Shown: piece by piece, positions 38,668-48,772 of the stretch
Layout of the letters: every line of letters starts with the position of its first letter
Position numbering within the stretch: the stretch's first letter is position 1
Assembly: GCA_044370475.1 (NCBI GenBank)
Contig: JBILVK010000005.1
Span: 1,147 to 65,146, forward strand
Reading direction: 5' to 3'
DNA from: Bacteroidia bacterium
GTDB lineage: Bacteria; Bacteroidota; Bacteroidia; UKL13-3
DNA: 64,000 nucleotides
The notes under the pieces: generated by a model
What the model was told of the DNA's origin: nothing
What the model saw: only the letters and a program-made list of their open reading frames with translations
The model's database searches: none
Translations under genes and position numbers: made by a program

Positions 38668-40471
38668 CTTTTACAATTTTTACTTGGTAATTCTTAAGCC
38701 CATTTCCCATCCATAAAAAATAAGTTCCGGGCGCCAATTCAGCAAATTGCTCGTTCAAAACATTTGCATGCGAGCAAGAAATTTTTGTCCTACCCAATAT
38801 ATCTCTGACCAAAAACTGATTGGCCTCAAAATTAAAGTGCAAATCCATTCCCTCAGCAAATGGATTTGGATATACCAAAATGCTATTTAATAAAGCCGCT
38901 TCCTCAACCCCACTCAACACTTCCTTACAAGGCATTTCTTTTACCCCTATTTCATCAAAATAAAACACATCGGTGCTATTGGTATTAGGCGCAAAAAGCA
39001 ACACCAATTGATCTATGCTGCCCTCTGGCGTGCCCGCATCTGGCTTTAGAATTAGTTTAAAAACCAACTCATCCCAAGCGCGTTCTTTGGTAGTTTTTGC
39101 TTGCAAAACACAACGTCTTCCCAAAGGATAATCACCCTTGGCACGTGCCCTATTTTCAAAGTTCAAATTAACCTCAGTACCTACTGGCGCGGTAGTATAC
39201 ACCTTCATCTTAAAAATCATTTTACCATCCTCAAACTCCTTTGCCGCATGTATCACATCGGTGCGCAAAAACATGGCATCATACGCCGTACCACCATTTC
39301 TATAATACCTGTTCACAGAATTACTGGTGTTTAAACTATCTTTATCTGGGTTAGTAACACCTGCTTTATAATTGCCGCTTCCACCCACCCAATAAGTAGT
39401 TCTAAGGGTCTCCACATTGTCTATTGCCCCTTCACAAGTATCTGGCAGCGCCATAATATATTTACTAATTTTCTGTCTGAACCCATTATAGTTAACCCAT
39501 ACAGATAGGCTATCAGAACTCAAACCCCAATCTACCCGCACTTCATGTGTATTAGCCGGACCAATGATCTTGGCATCACTAGGAACCTCCCACTCATAAC
39601 TTGCTCCTTCTAACTTCTGTGCATAATAATAGCGCTGCTTATCTAGGCGTAATACGGCGGGCTGACCACTGATAAAAATTTGTTTCATGTCCTGGTACAC
39701 CCTTATATAATCTACCTGCAAGCTTGCAGTATCTGGTGTACTTGCATCTGGATATCCTAGAAAATTACCCCCAACCGCTAGGTTGAAAATCGCATGAAAA
39801 TTGCGATCGAATGGCCACCAAAAATCAACCAAATTGCTCCTCGTTTTTGTGCTAAATAATACGCCATCTACATACCACATAATGCTATCATTGGTCCACC
39901 TTAAACCAAAATCATGAAAGCCCGAGGTAAAAGAGTCAGTGGCCAAAGTATAGGAAGTTCCAGTATACTTATTGTTAGGTGCATAAGCACCATAATGTAT
40001 GGTGCCATGCGTGGTCTTAGGCTCCTGCCCACGCGCTTCCATCAAGTCAATTTCGCCACTCAAAGGCCAAGATCCATAATAACTTTCTGTAGGCAAAAAC
40101 CAAATAGCTGGCCAGTATCCTCTGCCAATTGGAAGCCTCGCTCTTACCACTATTCTCCCAGATGCAAAATCCATCTTATTCATGGTTCTTATTCTTCCCG
40201 AAGTATAGGTGCTGTTTCCAACATTGGCTTTGGTAGCTTTGATCTTTAATAATCCACCTTCCACTTTTATTGCTTCCCGCTGGTACCACTGCAATTCTGC
40301 ATTGCCCCATCCGCATAATTCCGGACAACCATCGCCTATTTGGTAATTCCAATAGGTAGTGTCTAAACTGCTGCCATTAAACTCATCACTCCAACGCAAA
40401 AACTCTTGCGCAAGCAATGATTGCGGAATAACAAGTGCTAATACAATAAGTATTTTATAATAGATGCGCAT
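38657..40471 (-). CDS. GH16 family beta-glucanase (laminarinase-like) with T9SS C-terminal domain
   Basis: Catalytic motif GEIDLMEARG. WPAIWFLP. C-terminus VYPNPFAEGMDLHF...GTYFLWMGNGLKNYQVKIVKV. Its start shares TAATG with the GH3 stop. Confidence 0.85.
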   Translation of the reverse strand: MRIYYKILIVLALVIPQSLLAQEFLRWSDEFNGSSLDTTYWNYQIGDGCPELCGWGNAELQWYQREAIKVEGGLLKIKATKANVGNSTYTSGRIRTMNKMDFASGRIVVRARLPIGRGYWPAIWFLPTESYYGSWPLSGEIDLMEARGQEPKTTHGTIHYGAYAPNNKYTGTSYTLATDSFTSGFHDFGLRWTNDSIMWYVDGVLFSTKTRSNLVDFWWPFDRNFHAIFNLAVGGNFLGYPDASTPDTASLQVDYIRVYQDMKQIFISGQPAVLRLDKQRYYYAQKLEGASYEWEVPSDAKIIGPANTHEVRVDWGLSSDSLSVWVNYNGFRQKISKYIMALPDTCEGAIDNVETLRTTYWVGGSGNYKAGVTNPDKDSLNTSNSVNRYYRNGGTAYDAMFLRTDVIHAAKEFEDGKMIFKMKVYTTAPVGTEVNLNFENRARAKGDYPLGRRCVLQAKTTKERAWDELVFKLILKPDAGTPEGSIDQLVLLFAPNTNSTDVFYFDEIGVKEMPCKEVLSGVEEAALLNSILVYPNPFAEGMDLHFNFEANQFLVRDILGRTKISCSHANVLNEQFAELAPGTYFLWMGNGLKNYQVKIVKVAN

Positions 40472-42711
40472 TAAGGTTGTATGTTAATTGAATCTGTTAA
40501 TTGAGATACCTCAAACTTAAATTTCCCAGGCTCTAACACCCACTTATTGTCCTTGTCTACAAAGCGTAATTGCGAAACTGGAATCTTCATTTTAATCGTT
40601 TTACTTTCATTGGCTTCAAGTGAAACACGCTCAAAAGCCCTTAATTTTCTGATGGAAGGAGTAATGCTAGCAACCTCATCTATGGAGTAAACCAATACCA
40701 CTTCTGTACCAGCCCTGCTGCCAGAATTCTTCATCTCAAAACTAATTTCAACGCTGTCTTTCGACTTCAATTCTCTATGCGCAATTTGCATATTACTGTA
40801 ATCAAATTGAGTGTATGAATGTCCGCTCCCAAAGGCAAATAAAGGCTTATAGGTTGGCTTAAAATTATTATCTAACAACTCTGTGTACTTACAATCATAA
40901 GTAATATGAACTGCTGCATCTCTTGGAAAACTAAAGGGCAATTTGGCACTTGGATTCACCTTGCCAAGCAACAAATCTGCAATGGCTCTTCCTCCTGCAT
41001 CTCCTGGTAATCCTGCAAAAAATATGGCATCACACATAGGCTCTGTCTTACTAAAAGTCCTTGGTCGGCCTTCCAATAATACCACCACCACTTTCTTTCC
41101 GGCATTGGCAAATACCCTAATCAAATTCTGTTGTGCCTCTTCTAATTCTAAATCATAAATATCTCCAGGCTTTTCGGTATAGGTATCTTCCCCTAAAAAT
41201 AAAACAACCGTCTTAATATCTTCTGCTGCGGCTAATAACGCAGATACAGGTAAATGTTGGGTATAGGTATTGCCTCTTAAATAGCGCACACGGTCTTTAC
41301 CCAAAGTCTGTTCTAATGCTTGTAGCGGACTTAATACCTTAGAATTATAACTCGTATCTCTGCCTTGCCAAGTATGCGTCCAACCGCCATTTAAAGCGTT
41401 TATATAATCTGCATTCGGACCCGTAACCAATATTTTTTCATTGGTACTTAATGGCAAAATACCGTCTTTGTTTTTTAATAATACAATAGATTGTGTAGCC
41501 AATTCATAACTTAAATTCTTACTCTTTTCCGATCCTAAGCCTTCATATATCACTGTTTGCGAACCGGCTTCATCAAATAAACCTAAGTCCATCTTTAACA
41601 TCAAAATCCTATAAACGGCCTCATCCAAAACTTTCTCCTCTATCTTGCCCTCTTCTACATTCTCAATTAAATACTTGGTAAAATCTAAATCCAAGGGCAC
41701 CATCGCCAAATCAATTCCAGCATTAATGGCCAAAGCCACAGCCTCTTTATAGGTAGCTGCTACATGATGCCTATCGCATAAGTTTTTTATGTCTTCCCAG
41801 TCCGTTACTGTAACACCCTTAAACTTTAATTCTTTGCGCAAAATGGTTTGCAATAAAAACTTACTTGCATGCACTGGCTCCCCATTTACTTCCGAAGAAT
41901 TAATCATAATGGTTTTTGCTCCCGCTGCAATAGCGCGTTCAAAAGGTGGAAGAAAGATTTCACGCAATTGTCGCTCCGGTATATAGGCAGGCGTTCTATC
42001 TAAACCACTCCTAGCATCTCCATAACCAATATAGTGCTTTAGACAAGCTGCCAACATTGGCTTGCCATTGGCCTGCACTTGCTGATACCCATTCACCATA
42101 GCAACTCCCATCTCAGAGGCTAAGTATGGATCTTCTCCAAAAGTCTCCCAAAACCTAGGCCATCTTGCATTTCTAGCCACATCCAACACCGGCGAAAAAT
42201 TCCACGGAATACCTGTTGCCCTCACATCATTTGCCACATACCCACTCATCTTATTCACCAAGTCAACATTAAAGCTAGAGGCCAAAGAAATTTGTTGTGG
42301 ATACAAGGTGGCTCCTGCCGTATAATTGGCACCATGAATGGCATCAATGCCATACAATACAGGCACCTTTAACCTACTCAATTTTTCATACGCATGTATG
42401 GCCTTCATAATCTCTTTCCAATGTGCCTCAGTATAAGTATGTCCGCCCACATTTAAAATTGAACCAACGCCCAATTCAACAATCATACGATGCAATTTTT
42501 GGGTATCCAAGGCATGCGGCTCAATAAGCTTATTTGTTTCCCCAGCAGAAATCATCTCAATGCTCAACTGTGTCATCTGACCAGCCTTTTCGGCCAATGT
42601 CATTTTGCCAATTAACTCTTTTACACGTTGCTCACCATCATCTATTTTCGGTATAGAACATTGTACCAAAAGCAACAAAAAACTCAAATAAAAAACAACT
42701 TTACCTTTCAT
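40471..42711 (-). CDS. bglX: GH3 family beta-glucosidase
   Basis: 746 aa. GQMTQL, GIDAIHG, KHYIGYG and GVTVTDWEDI (nucleophile Asp region). C-terminal fibronectin-like domain. Confidence 0.9.
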   Translation of the reverse strand: MKGKVVFYLSFLLLLVQCSIPKIDDGEQRVKELIGKMTLAEKAGQMTQLSIEMISAGETNKLIEPHALDTQKLHRMIVELGVGSILNVGGHTYTEAHWKEIMKAIHAYEKLSRLKVPVLYGIDAIHGANYTAGATLYPQQISLASSFNVDLVNKMSGYVANDVRATGIPWNFSPVLDVARNARWPRFWETFGEDPYLASEMGVAMVNGYQQVQANGKPMLAACLKHYIGYGDARSGLDRTPAYIPERQLREIFLPPFERAIAAGAKTIMINSSEVNGEPVHASKFLLQTILRKELKFKGVTVTDWEDIKNLCDRHHVAATYKEAVALAINAGIDLAMVPLDLDFTKYLIENVEEGKIEEKVLDEAVYRILMLKMDLGLFDEAGSQTVIYEGLGSEKSKNLSYELATQSIVLLKNKDGILPLSTNEKILVTGPNADYINALNGGWTHTWQGRDTSYNSKVLSPLQALEQTLGKDRVRYLRGNTYTQHLPVSALLAAAEDIKTVVLFLGEDTYTEKPGDIYDLELEEAQQNLIRVFANAGKKVVVVLLEGRPRTFSKTEPMCDAIFFAGLPGDAGGRAIADLLLGKVNPSAKLPFSFPRDAAVHITYDCKYTELLDNNFKPTYKPLFAFGSGHSYTQFDYSNMQIAHRELKSKDSVEISFEMKNSGSRAGTEVVLVYSIDEVASITPSIRKLRAFERVSLEANESKTIKMKIPVSQLRFVDKDNKWVLEPGKFKFEVSQLTDSINIQP

Positions 42712-42713
42712 AC

Positions 42714-43886
42714 CTATTTGCGTTTATCAATAATTATATCATCAAAATACACTTCGCCTTTTCCACTAAATTGAATCAGAAATTGCTTAAATCTGGCGCC
42801 ATTAAAACCTGCCTTATCAAAATTAAACTCGGTAAAAGGTACCACCACCTGCTGCCATTTTCGGTCTGAACCAATCTCGCTTAAATAACTTTTCTTCAAA
42901 GGCACAAAAACACTTTTACCATCATAATCCTCAAAACCAAGCATCAAATTTGAATTGCTTCCTAAGTCTGATCCAGCCACCCTACATGTTAAAACATAAG
43001 CACCTAATGAATCTGGAAAAGAAATGGCTTGCCATCCTTCCCAATTCATCCCTACTTGTTTATTTCCTTTTGGAGAAAACTCTCCATTCCATTGCAAATA
43101 CAAGGCCTTGTTGCCTTCACCTTCTTCTACCACCTGCACATTTCTTCCAGGCAGGTTTCCCAAACCCCAAGTATTTTGTAATTCATCTTTAAACAATACC
43201 ACCGGGAATTTTTGCGTACTTGTTTGTCCATACTTTTGCACTGCCCCCGCTTGCACCAAAGCCCCACCAATGCTTATCTCATCAATGAACAATGCTCCTG
43301 CTCCCTGACATTCAATATTCAAACTTTTGATATTGCTAAAGTCGCACAAAGGCGCAGCAGCTTGCAAAAATCCACTTAAGGGTATACTTACTTTTTGCCA
43401 AGTTTCAGTTATAGGATACCTCTCCAAATGCTTCGCCTTTAATAACATCGCAGATTGCGTTCCAGCATAGTCTTCTAACAACAAAATAAAAGTGGGTATA
43501 AATTGATTGCCTGTAATAGACCTCACATAAAAATCTATGCTACCTGTTTGCATCACATCCGTCAAATCCTTTGCAGCATAACCATTCCACCCTATTCCAA
43601 ATCCTATCCACGGACAATTACCTTCTTTGTTCCAAACCAAACCTAAACAAGATTTTCCTTTATAAAAAACAGTATCAACGCGTGCAAAATTCTTGCAACT
43701 AGTCTTTTCCATTCCCCATACATCCACCGTTTGGTCATGGTAAACTTCCCTATCGGTAAACAACCTATTTGCACTTTGCTCATAGGTATTTCCCCACTCA
43801 TCTACCAATTGCGTTTGATGCATACGCACTCCACAACTTGCTATAAGTATTAGCCCAAATAACCCTAAGAATAATTGATTTTTCAT
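42714..43886 (-). CDS. lipoprotein with two CBM-like repeats (putative glycan-binding)
   Basis: Lipobox LIASC. Two repeats of the form G..L.L.WN......W.G.G..W.G.....D and W..V..P...F. 390 aa. Confidence 0.55.
   Translation of the reverse strand: MKNQLFLGLFGLILIASCGVRMHQTQLVDEWGNTYEQSANRLFTDREVYHDQTVDVWGMEKTSCKNFARVDTVFYKGKSCLGLVWNKEGNCPWIGFGIGWNGYAAKDLTDVMQTGSIDFYVRSITGNQFIPTFILLLEDYAGTQSAMLLKAKHLERYPITETWQKVSIPLSGFLQAAAPLCDFSNIKSLNIECQGAGALFIDEISIGGALVQAGAVQKYGQTSTQKFPVVLFKDELQNTWGLGNLPGRNVQVVEEGEGNKALYLQWNGEFSPKGNKQVGMNWEGWQAISFPDSLGAYVLTCRVAGSDLGSNSNLMLGFEDYDGKSVFVPLKKSYLSEIGSDRKWQQVVVPFTEFNFDKAGFNGARFKQFLIQFSGKGEVYFDDIIIDKRK
42863..42872 (-). repeat. over-represented word GGTTCAGACC (exact, extended form)
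   Basis: The plus strand reads ttttcGGTCTGAACCaatc. Decoded as I-G-S-D-R-K in the lipoprotein gene. Confidence 0.95.
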
Positions 43887-44921
43887 CTAAGGTAGAAAGG
43901 GTTTATAATAGGTAAACGACGCATAATCTATCCCAACTTTAGTGTTTCCACTGGTACCTGGTTGAGCCAATAACAAGAATTGAGTGGCTATAATTCTATC
44001 CAAATCTTTCTTCCCAGTTCGGTCTCTGTTTCCAAAGCCACCAGAGGTAGATATTTTAGTCTCATCATATGAAAAACTAACTACCTTCCAACCTGTCCAA
44101 TTCACAGGCAACCTATACGTATAGGCTCCTTCTTCTGCTGGCTGATAAATGCCGTCTTTATTGTCGTCTTCCTGAAACTCAATGCTGATCTCTGCCTTGT
44201 TATCTCCCCATCCATAGATATAGGCATTGAAGTAAACATTCTTAGGATTCTCGGTATTAAACTTAAAGTAGTTTTCGCCTGTTCCCTGACTAATTTTAGA
44301 AGTTAAATTCATGCCGCATAAAAACAAACTTGCACTGGCTCCATGATTTCCGGCCAACACATAATAGCGAGTTTTCTCTGCAGGTGATACTCCTTGAAAA
44401 TTAACCGAGGTACCATTAAAACTTTGCTGTCCCTCGGTAAAGGTATTGTAAGGGCGTTGCGGACTCTCAAAATCATCAATCAAAATATCTACCGTAGGCG
44501 ATGGCCTTACGTCTTCTATCACTAGGGTATCAGAGTATAAAGTATCTGGGTAATTGGCAAAACTCATGCGGGCAACACAAGGTTCATTCTTTCTAAAAAA
44601 GGGAGCAAAAGTGATGGTGCCATCCCAAACAATTGGATGCAAAACAAAGTCTTTTTCATTGCCAGTAAACACCTTCCTTGCACCACTATTTAAACCTATT
44701 ACTTCAATGGTCCAACTGGTTCTAATAGATAATTTACAGGCATATTGCACCACATCTCCATTGGCAAAATTGACCGTGGACTTAGACCCTTTTAATGGCT
44801 CCAACACTTCAAATGTGCCGAAAATATCTACCAACTCTGGTCCTTCAATGCTGCTATCTTTTTTGCATCCTGCTATCACTAACAGTCCCATTAAATAAAA
44901 ATATATGCTAATTCTTTTCAT
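43887..44921 (-). CDS. hypothetical lipoprotein of the glycan operon
   Basis: I prefer the internal start MKRISIYFYLMGLLVIAGC (lipobox), which leaves 7 nt to the upstream stop. The ORF-track start at 44996 would overlap the upstream gene. Confidence 0.55.
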   Translation of the reverse strand: MKRISIYFYLMGLLVIAGCKKDSSIEGPELVDIFGTFEVLEPLKGSKSTVNFANGDVVQYACKLSIRTSWTIEVIGLNSGARKVFTGNEKDFVLHPIVWDGTITFAPFFRKNEPCVARMSFANYPDTLYSDTLVIEDVRPSPTVDILIDDFESPQRPYNTFTEGQQSFNGTSVNFQGVSPAEKTRYYVLAGNHGASASLFLCGMNLTSKISQGTGENYFKFNTENPKNVYFNAYIYGWGDNKAEISIEFQEDDNKDGIYQPAEEGAYTYRLPVNWTGWKVVSFSYDETKISTSGGFGNRDRTGKKDLDRIIATQFLLLAQPGTSGNTKVGIDYASFTYYKPFLP

Positions 44922-44928
44922 CTTGTTT

Positions 44929-46650
44929 CTAGAAAAATAGGTTATACAATACCGCAAATCTGCTAATCTTATACTGATTGGCAGGCAATAATTCATTATC
45001 CCAATTCACTTGCTGCCACTGGAGTTTAAGACAATTAGCTTTACTAAACTGATAGTTTATTCCGCCAATCCAAAGGGTCTCATTTAACTGTGCTTTATAG
45101 GCTGTATAAAAATTAATTTCATTAAATGAATTGCGTTCAGCCAAATATTCATTACCCTTTGCTATTAATTGAACAGCGGCCAATTGAAGCGAGAGTTTTG
45201 GAATAATTTCATAAGATACTCCCAACTTAAATTGTTGGGTCTTTAAATCTACTTTATCAATATTCTCTGTTCCATCTCGCATGGTATTTTGCAAACGTAC
45301 ATAAGCACTCACTGCCAATTTTCTTTTCCCTTTATACAATTCACTTATGCCTAAATCTGCAAAGGTTTCTACCTGGGTAAAATTGCGCAAATTCAAAGTA
45401 CCTTGTCCAGTTATCTCCTTGAAGTTTGCCGCAGCTACTCCCACTTTAAATCCTTGCAGCTTCTTAGCATCCCAATTAATTGCTAAATCAAGTCCTTGCC
45501 TGTTAGGCGTTGCCTTGCCATAGGGCATCATGTTCTCATAACTTGGATTAAATTGCTTCAATTCAGGACGTAAATACATGTTATAATAAGCACCGTCTGT
45601 TAAGATATCCATGATATTGGCTGGCCTTGGAATTTCTCTATTGGTATAATAAGAATACTCGGTAGCTGTAGCACTAAAATCAACCCTCCTACTCTGTGCT
45701 CCCATACTCCTAAAATGAGTTTCTACATTTCTAATATTTACCATGGCACTTAAGCCGCTTTGCTTACTCTTCCATAAAACGCCAGCTTCTGCAAAACTTC
45801 CATCGGGTATAATTGGCGCGGCTGCATTATTCTCATAAACTACCTTAGACTTGCCCAACTCTGCACTCAATTCAAAGGCATGTTTCTCTACTTCAAACTT
45901 TTCTTTTAAGCCAAAACTGTGCACCGTATTTTTAAACAAAGCATCAGAAAACATAGCAGAATTCTTCACATCAAAGGTATGGGCAAGGTTATACTCCAAT
46001 TCCAATTGTTTAAACAATTTTGCACCAAGCGTAGTTCCAGAAAACAACCTATCTGGCGAGCTAAAATAATCTGTTTGCCTGTTCTTACTTATCAACGACT
46101 TTACTTGCAAATGATTGAGGTATTTATCAAAATCAAATCCAAAATCTACCATGGCACCTTGCTGCCTCCAAGCATGGTCAACATAAAACTTGTCGTACTC
46201 AATTACCTCACTAAAGGTGTTTAAGGCAACTGGATTATGGCTGCTTAACTCCCCTTCATTGTTGTAAAGGGTATAGGCCGACATCCGCGTGTTTAAATCG
46301 CCCACCTGATATTTAAAACGCTTCATAAGCAATCCACGCAAATACAATTCACGCACATTAAAAAGCACGCCTCCACCCCAAAATCCATTGATATCGTTGC
46401 TTACCCTTGTAATTGCCTTAATCTCTGTTTCGGAACTTGGCCTTATATGAAATCCCAAATCAAATAAGGTACTGCCACGCATTTGCTTCTGCGGCGTTAC
46501 CGTATCTGTCTTGGTTAGCTCACCACTCATATTGCCATTGTTCAAAGCAAATCTGCCCGAACCAAAAAAATCAACCTTCTTCTCTTGCGCCATCACAAAT
46601 AGCGGAAGAAAGGTCACCATCATCCAAATATACCCGTAATATTTTTTCAT
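44929..46650 (-). CDS. large outer-membrane beta-barrel protein (not SusC-like)
   Basis: 573 aa. Signal peptide ..LFVMAQE. Alternating beta-strand pattern throughout. C-terminal ..YNLFF. No plug or TonB-box-like segment that I can recognise. Confidence 0.6.
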   Translation of the reverse strand: MKKYYGYIWMMVTFLPLFVMAQEKKVDFFGSGRFALNNGNMSGELTKTDTVTPQKQMRGSTLFDLGFHIRPSSETEIKAITRVSNDINGFWGGGVLFNVRELYLRGLLMKRFKYQVGDLNTRMSAYTLYNNEGELSSHNPVALNTFSEVIEYDKFYVDHAWRQQGAMVDFGFDFDKYLNHLQVKSLISKNRQTDYFSSPDRLFSGTTLGAKLFKQLELEYNLAHTFDVKNSAMFSDALFKNTVHSFGLKEKFEVEKHAFELSAELGKSKVVYENNAAAPIIPDGSFAEAGVLWKSKQSGLSAMVNIRNVETHFRSMGAQSRRVDFSATATEYSYYTNREIPRPANIMDILTDGAYYNMYLRPELKQFNPSYENMMPYGKATPNRQGLDLAINWDAKKLQGFKVGVAAANFKEITGQGTLNLRNFTQVETFADLGISELYKGKRKLAVSAYVRLQNTMRDGTENIDKVDLKTQQFKLGVSYEIIPKLSLQLAAVQLIAKGNEYLAERNSFNEINFYTAYKAQLNETLWIGGINYQFSKANCLKLQWQQVNWDNELLPANQYKISRFAVLYNLFF

Positions 46651-46651
46651 T

Positions 46652-48583
46652 CTAAAAGTATAATTTTAGCTCAACTGTTGTTTCTGTTCCTTTAATATTA
46701 TCTAGCACAAAGCTCTTGTCTTCTTGCTTAAACCACCTTCTGCGCACATAGAAATAGGTGTTTCGCGAAATGCGATAATCCAATCCCAATCCATATAAGG
46801 TGCCTTCTTGATTCACCGCATCGTTGTTTATACTGCCCAATACCCCATCATTATTATCGCCTCGGTTCATGGCACTATTGCCCTTGATATATTCTTTGCC
46901 ATAAGTGCTCACCAAACTCAAATCTTTGCCCAACATAAATATGGCATCCAACTCATGATAATAGGTGCGCAACAAAGCCTTATTGCTAAAATTAGGTAAA
47001 AGCTCAAAACCCTCTTGGGCCGAACCAAAAGACCCCACATACAACACATAAAATGGCAGCAAACTAAAGTTCACCTTTTGCTTCAATTGAACCTGCAACA
47101 TGTTAAATCCCAGCAAAGAATTTGGCATACCCATGGCATTGGTATCTGTTATCGACATCACCTGCGAAAATCCCCTAAAATAAGAGGTCCAATTGTTGTA
47201 CGTCCCTACATTGTTAGTAAACGGCGTAAAACGAGAAAAAGGTAAGGAGTTAATTTTATGTCCAAATGCCAACTGACGGCTTACTGACCTAACCTCCATC
47301 GAACTCATATTGCCTATATTCAACTTGGTTGTTTTGGTTATATCAAACCAAGCATTAATGCTTATTCCTTTTCTGTTATTGCTAACCTGACCTACATCGG
47401 TAATTGATCCAGCAAAATTACTGATACCACCACTTCCTCCCAGTGTTGAGCCATTTTGGTTCAGCGCTGCTGTACTAACAATATTGGTATTGGCACTTAA
47501 GAAATTGCCATAGTAATTAATAAACTCCGGACTCAAATAAAATGCTTCTACTTCTATAGGGAAATAAGTTGCTTTTGCGGGCGATTTAATACTTATTCTT
47601 CCTGCATCACCCCAGCCTGCTTTTTGCACCTGAGAATACAATTGTCCCCTCCCTGCCTCTGCTGCCACAACCCAACCTTTGTATTGCAAATCATAAGAAA
47701 AAGTGTACAACTGAATGCCCGCCTGCTCCTTAGCTACCGAATCTACATACAACCTATAATCCATGCCATTAAATCCAAACGTGTGGTTGTTCAACTTCTT
47801 TCTTACCCTTCCACCCAATGTATAAGAAGGAATACCATTTGCTGTAAAGGCCTGCGCTGGCGTTGTTCCATACAAAAACCTAAATGAAACATCTCCTGGC
47901 AATTCTGCCCCATCTATTAACAAGCCTTTAAATGGCTGCATCCCAAAGCGCATGTCGCGACTAATATTCCCAAACTCATAGTAGTTAGAAGCCCTATCAA
48001 AGGATATGGCATTTCCCTCCCATGGCCAACGTTCATAAATACTGTAGCGTTGGTAACCAATAAAGCTACTAAATACCATGCCACTCACATCTACCCAATT
48101 TATTCCGCCCATATGGGCCGTAAATTTCCCAATATCTGTTTGTATACTGCCCGTTAAATTAATCCCTAAATTGAGGTTAACTGGACTCGATCCTGGCAAG
48201 CCTGTAAAATTGTGGTACAAGGCATAATCCATCCCAATAAAGGTTTTAGAAGTGGGCTGAACCGATAAATTTAACAGCATTAAAGGCGGGTCTCTGTAAA
48301 CATCACCTGTGCCCAAAATATAAGCAGGTGCACTGGCATAAGGATTACCTGGTATCACCACAAAAGGCTGCTCCAAGTTTCTGTTTATGCCAAAAAATCG
48401 GTAATAGCCACCAACCGTAAGCTTCTTTAAGGGTACCACTGCGGCTGGACTGCTCGGAATAGGCAGGCTTAATTCCTCCATCAAGCTATCTGCCATTTGC
48501 CCAAAACTCGCATTTGTTGCCAAAACTGCCATTAGCAGCCAGCTTGCAACAATTTTTCCTAAAAATTTGTAAAGTGATTTCAA
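46652..48583 (-). CDS. large outer-membrane beta-barrel protein (not SusC-like), first gene of the glycan operon
   Basis: 643 aa. Signal peptide. C-terminal ..VELKLYF. Tyr/Gly/Asn-rich strands. No plug domain recognised. Confidence 0.6.
   Translation of the reverse strand: MKSLYKFLGKIVASWLLMAVLATNASFGQMADSLMEELSLPIPSSPAAVVPLKKLTVGGYYRFFGINRNLEQPFVVIPGNPYASAPAYILGTGDVYRDPPLMLLNLSVQPTSKTFIGMDYALYHNFTGLPGSSPVNLNLGINLTGSIQTDIGKFTAHMGGINWVDVSGMVFSSFIGYQRYSIYERWPWEGNAISFDRASNYYEFGNISRDMRFGMQPFKGLLIDGAELPGDVSFRFLYGTTPAQAFTANGIPSYTLGGRVRKKLNNHTFGFNGMDYRLYVDSVAKEQAGIQLYTFSYDLQYKGWVVAAEAGRGQLYSQVQKAGWGDAGRISIKSPAKATYFPIEVEAFYLSPEFINYYGNFLSANTNIVSTAALNQNGSTLGGSGGISNFAGSITDVGQVSNNRKGISINAWFDITKTTKLNIGNMSSMEVRSVSRQLAFGHKINSLPFSRFTPFTNNVGTYNNWTSYFRGFSQVMSITDTNAMGMPNSLLGFNMLQVQLKQKVNFSLLPFYVLYVGSFGSAQEGFELLPNFSNKALLRTYYHELDAIFMLGKDLSLVSTYGKEYIKGNSAMNRGDNNDGVLGSINNDAVNQEGTLYGLGLDYRISRNTYFYVRRRWFKQEDKSFVLDNIKGTETTVELKLYF
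47017..47026 (-). repeat. over-represented word family, variant GGTTCGGCCC
   Basis: The plus strand reads cttGGGCCGAACCaaaa, inside the OMP gene (F-G-S-A-Q). Confidence 0.85.
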
Positions 48584-48772
48584 GTGCGGCTATTTTTATG
48601 GTAAATGTCATCACTCTTTAGCAAAAACCAACTTTTTTACACCCCAACTCACCTACATCAAACAAAGTCTTCCTTACATCATGGGTACTACAAAAAATGT
48701 CAAATTACTGATAACAAACTAATTATTATTTGCATTCTTCTGAAGTTTTATTATCATTTGCATGTCCAAATC

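Noticed and set aside
44922-44996. Upstream extension of the lipoprotein gene (ORF-track start at 44996)
   Set aside because: The extension would overlap the preceding OMP gene by 68 nt and precede a perfectly good signal peptide and lipobox starting at 44921.
44929-48583. SusC/SusD assignment for the first two genes of the glycan operon
   Set aside because: Their sizes (643 and 573 aa) are too small for SusC. I see no carboxypeptidase-like, plug or TonB-box region and no SusD-like helical repeat pattern. Both end in a terminal Phe like ordinary beta-barrels.
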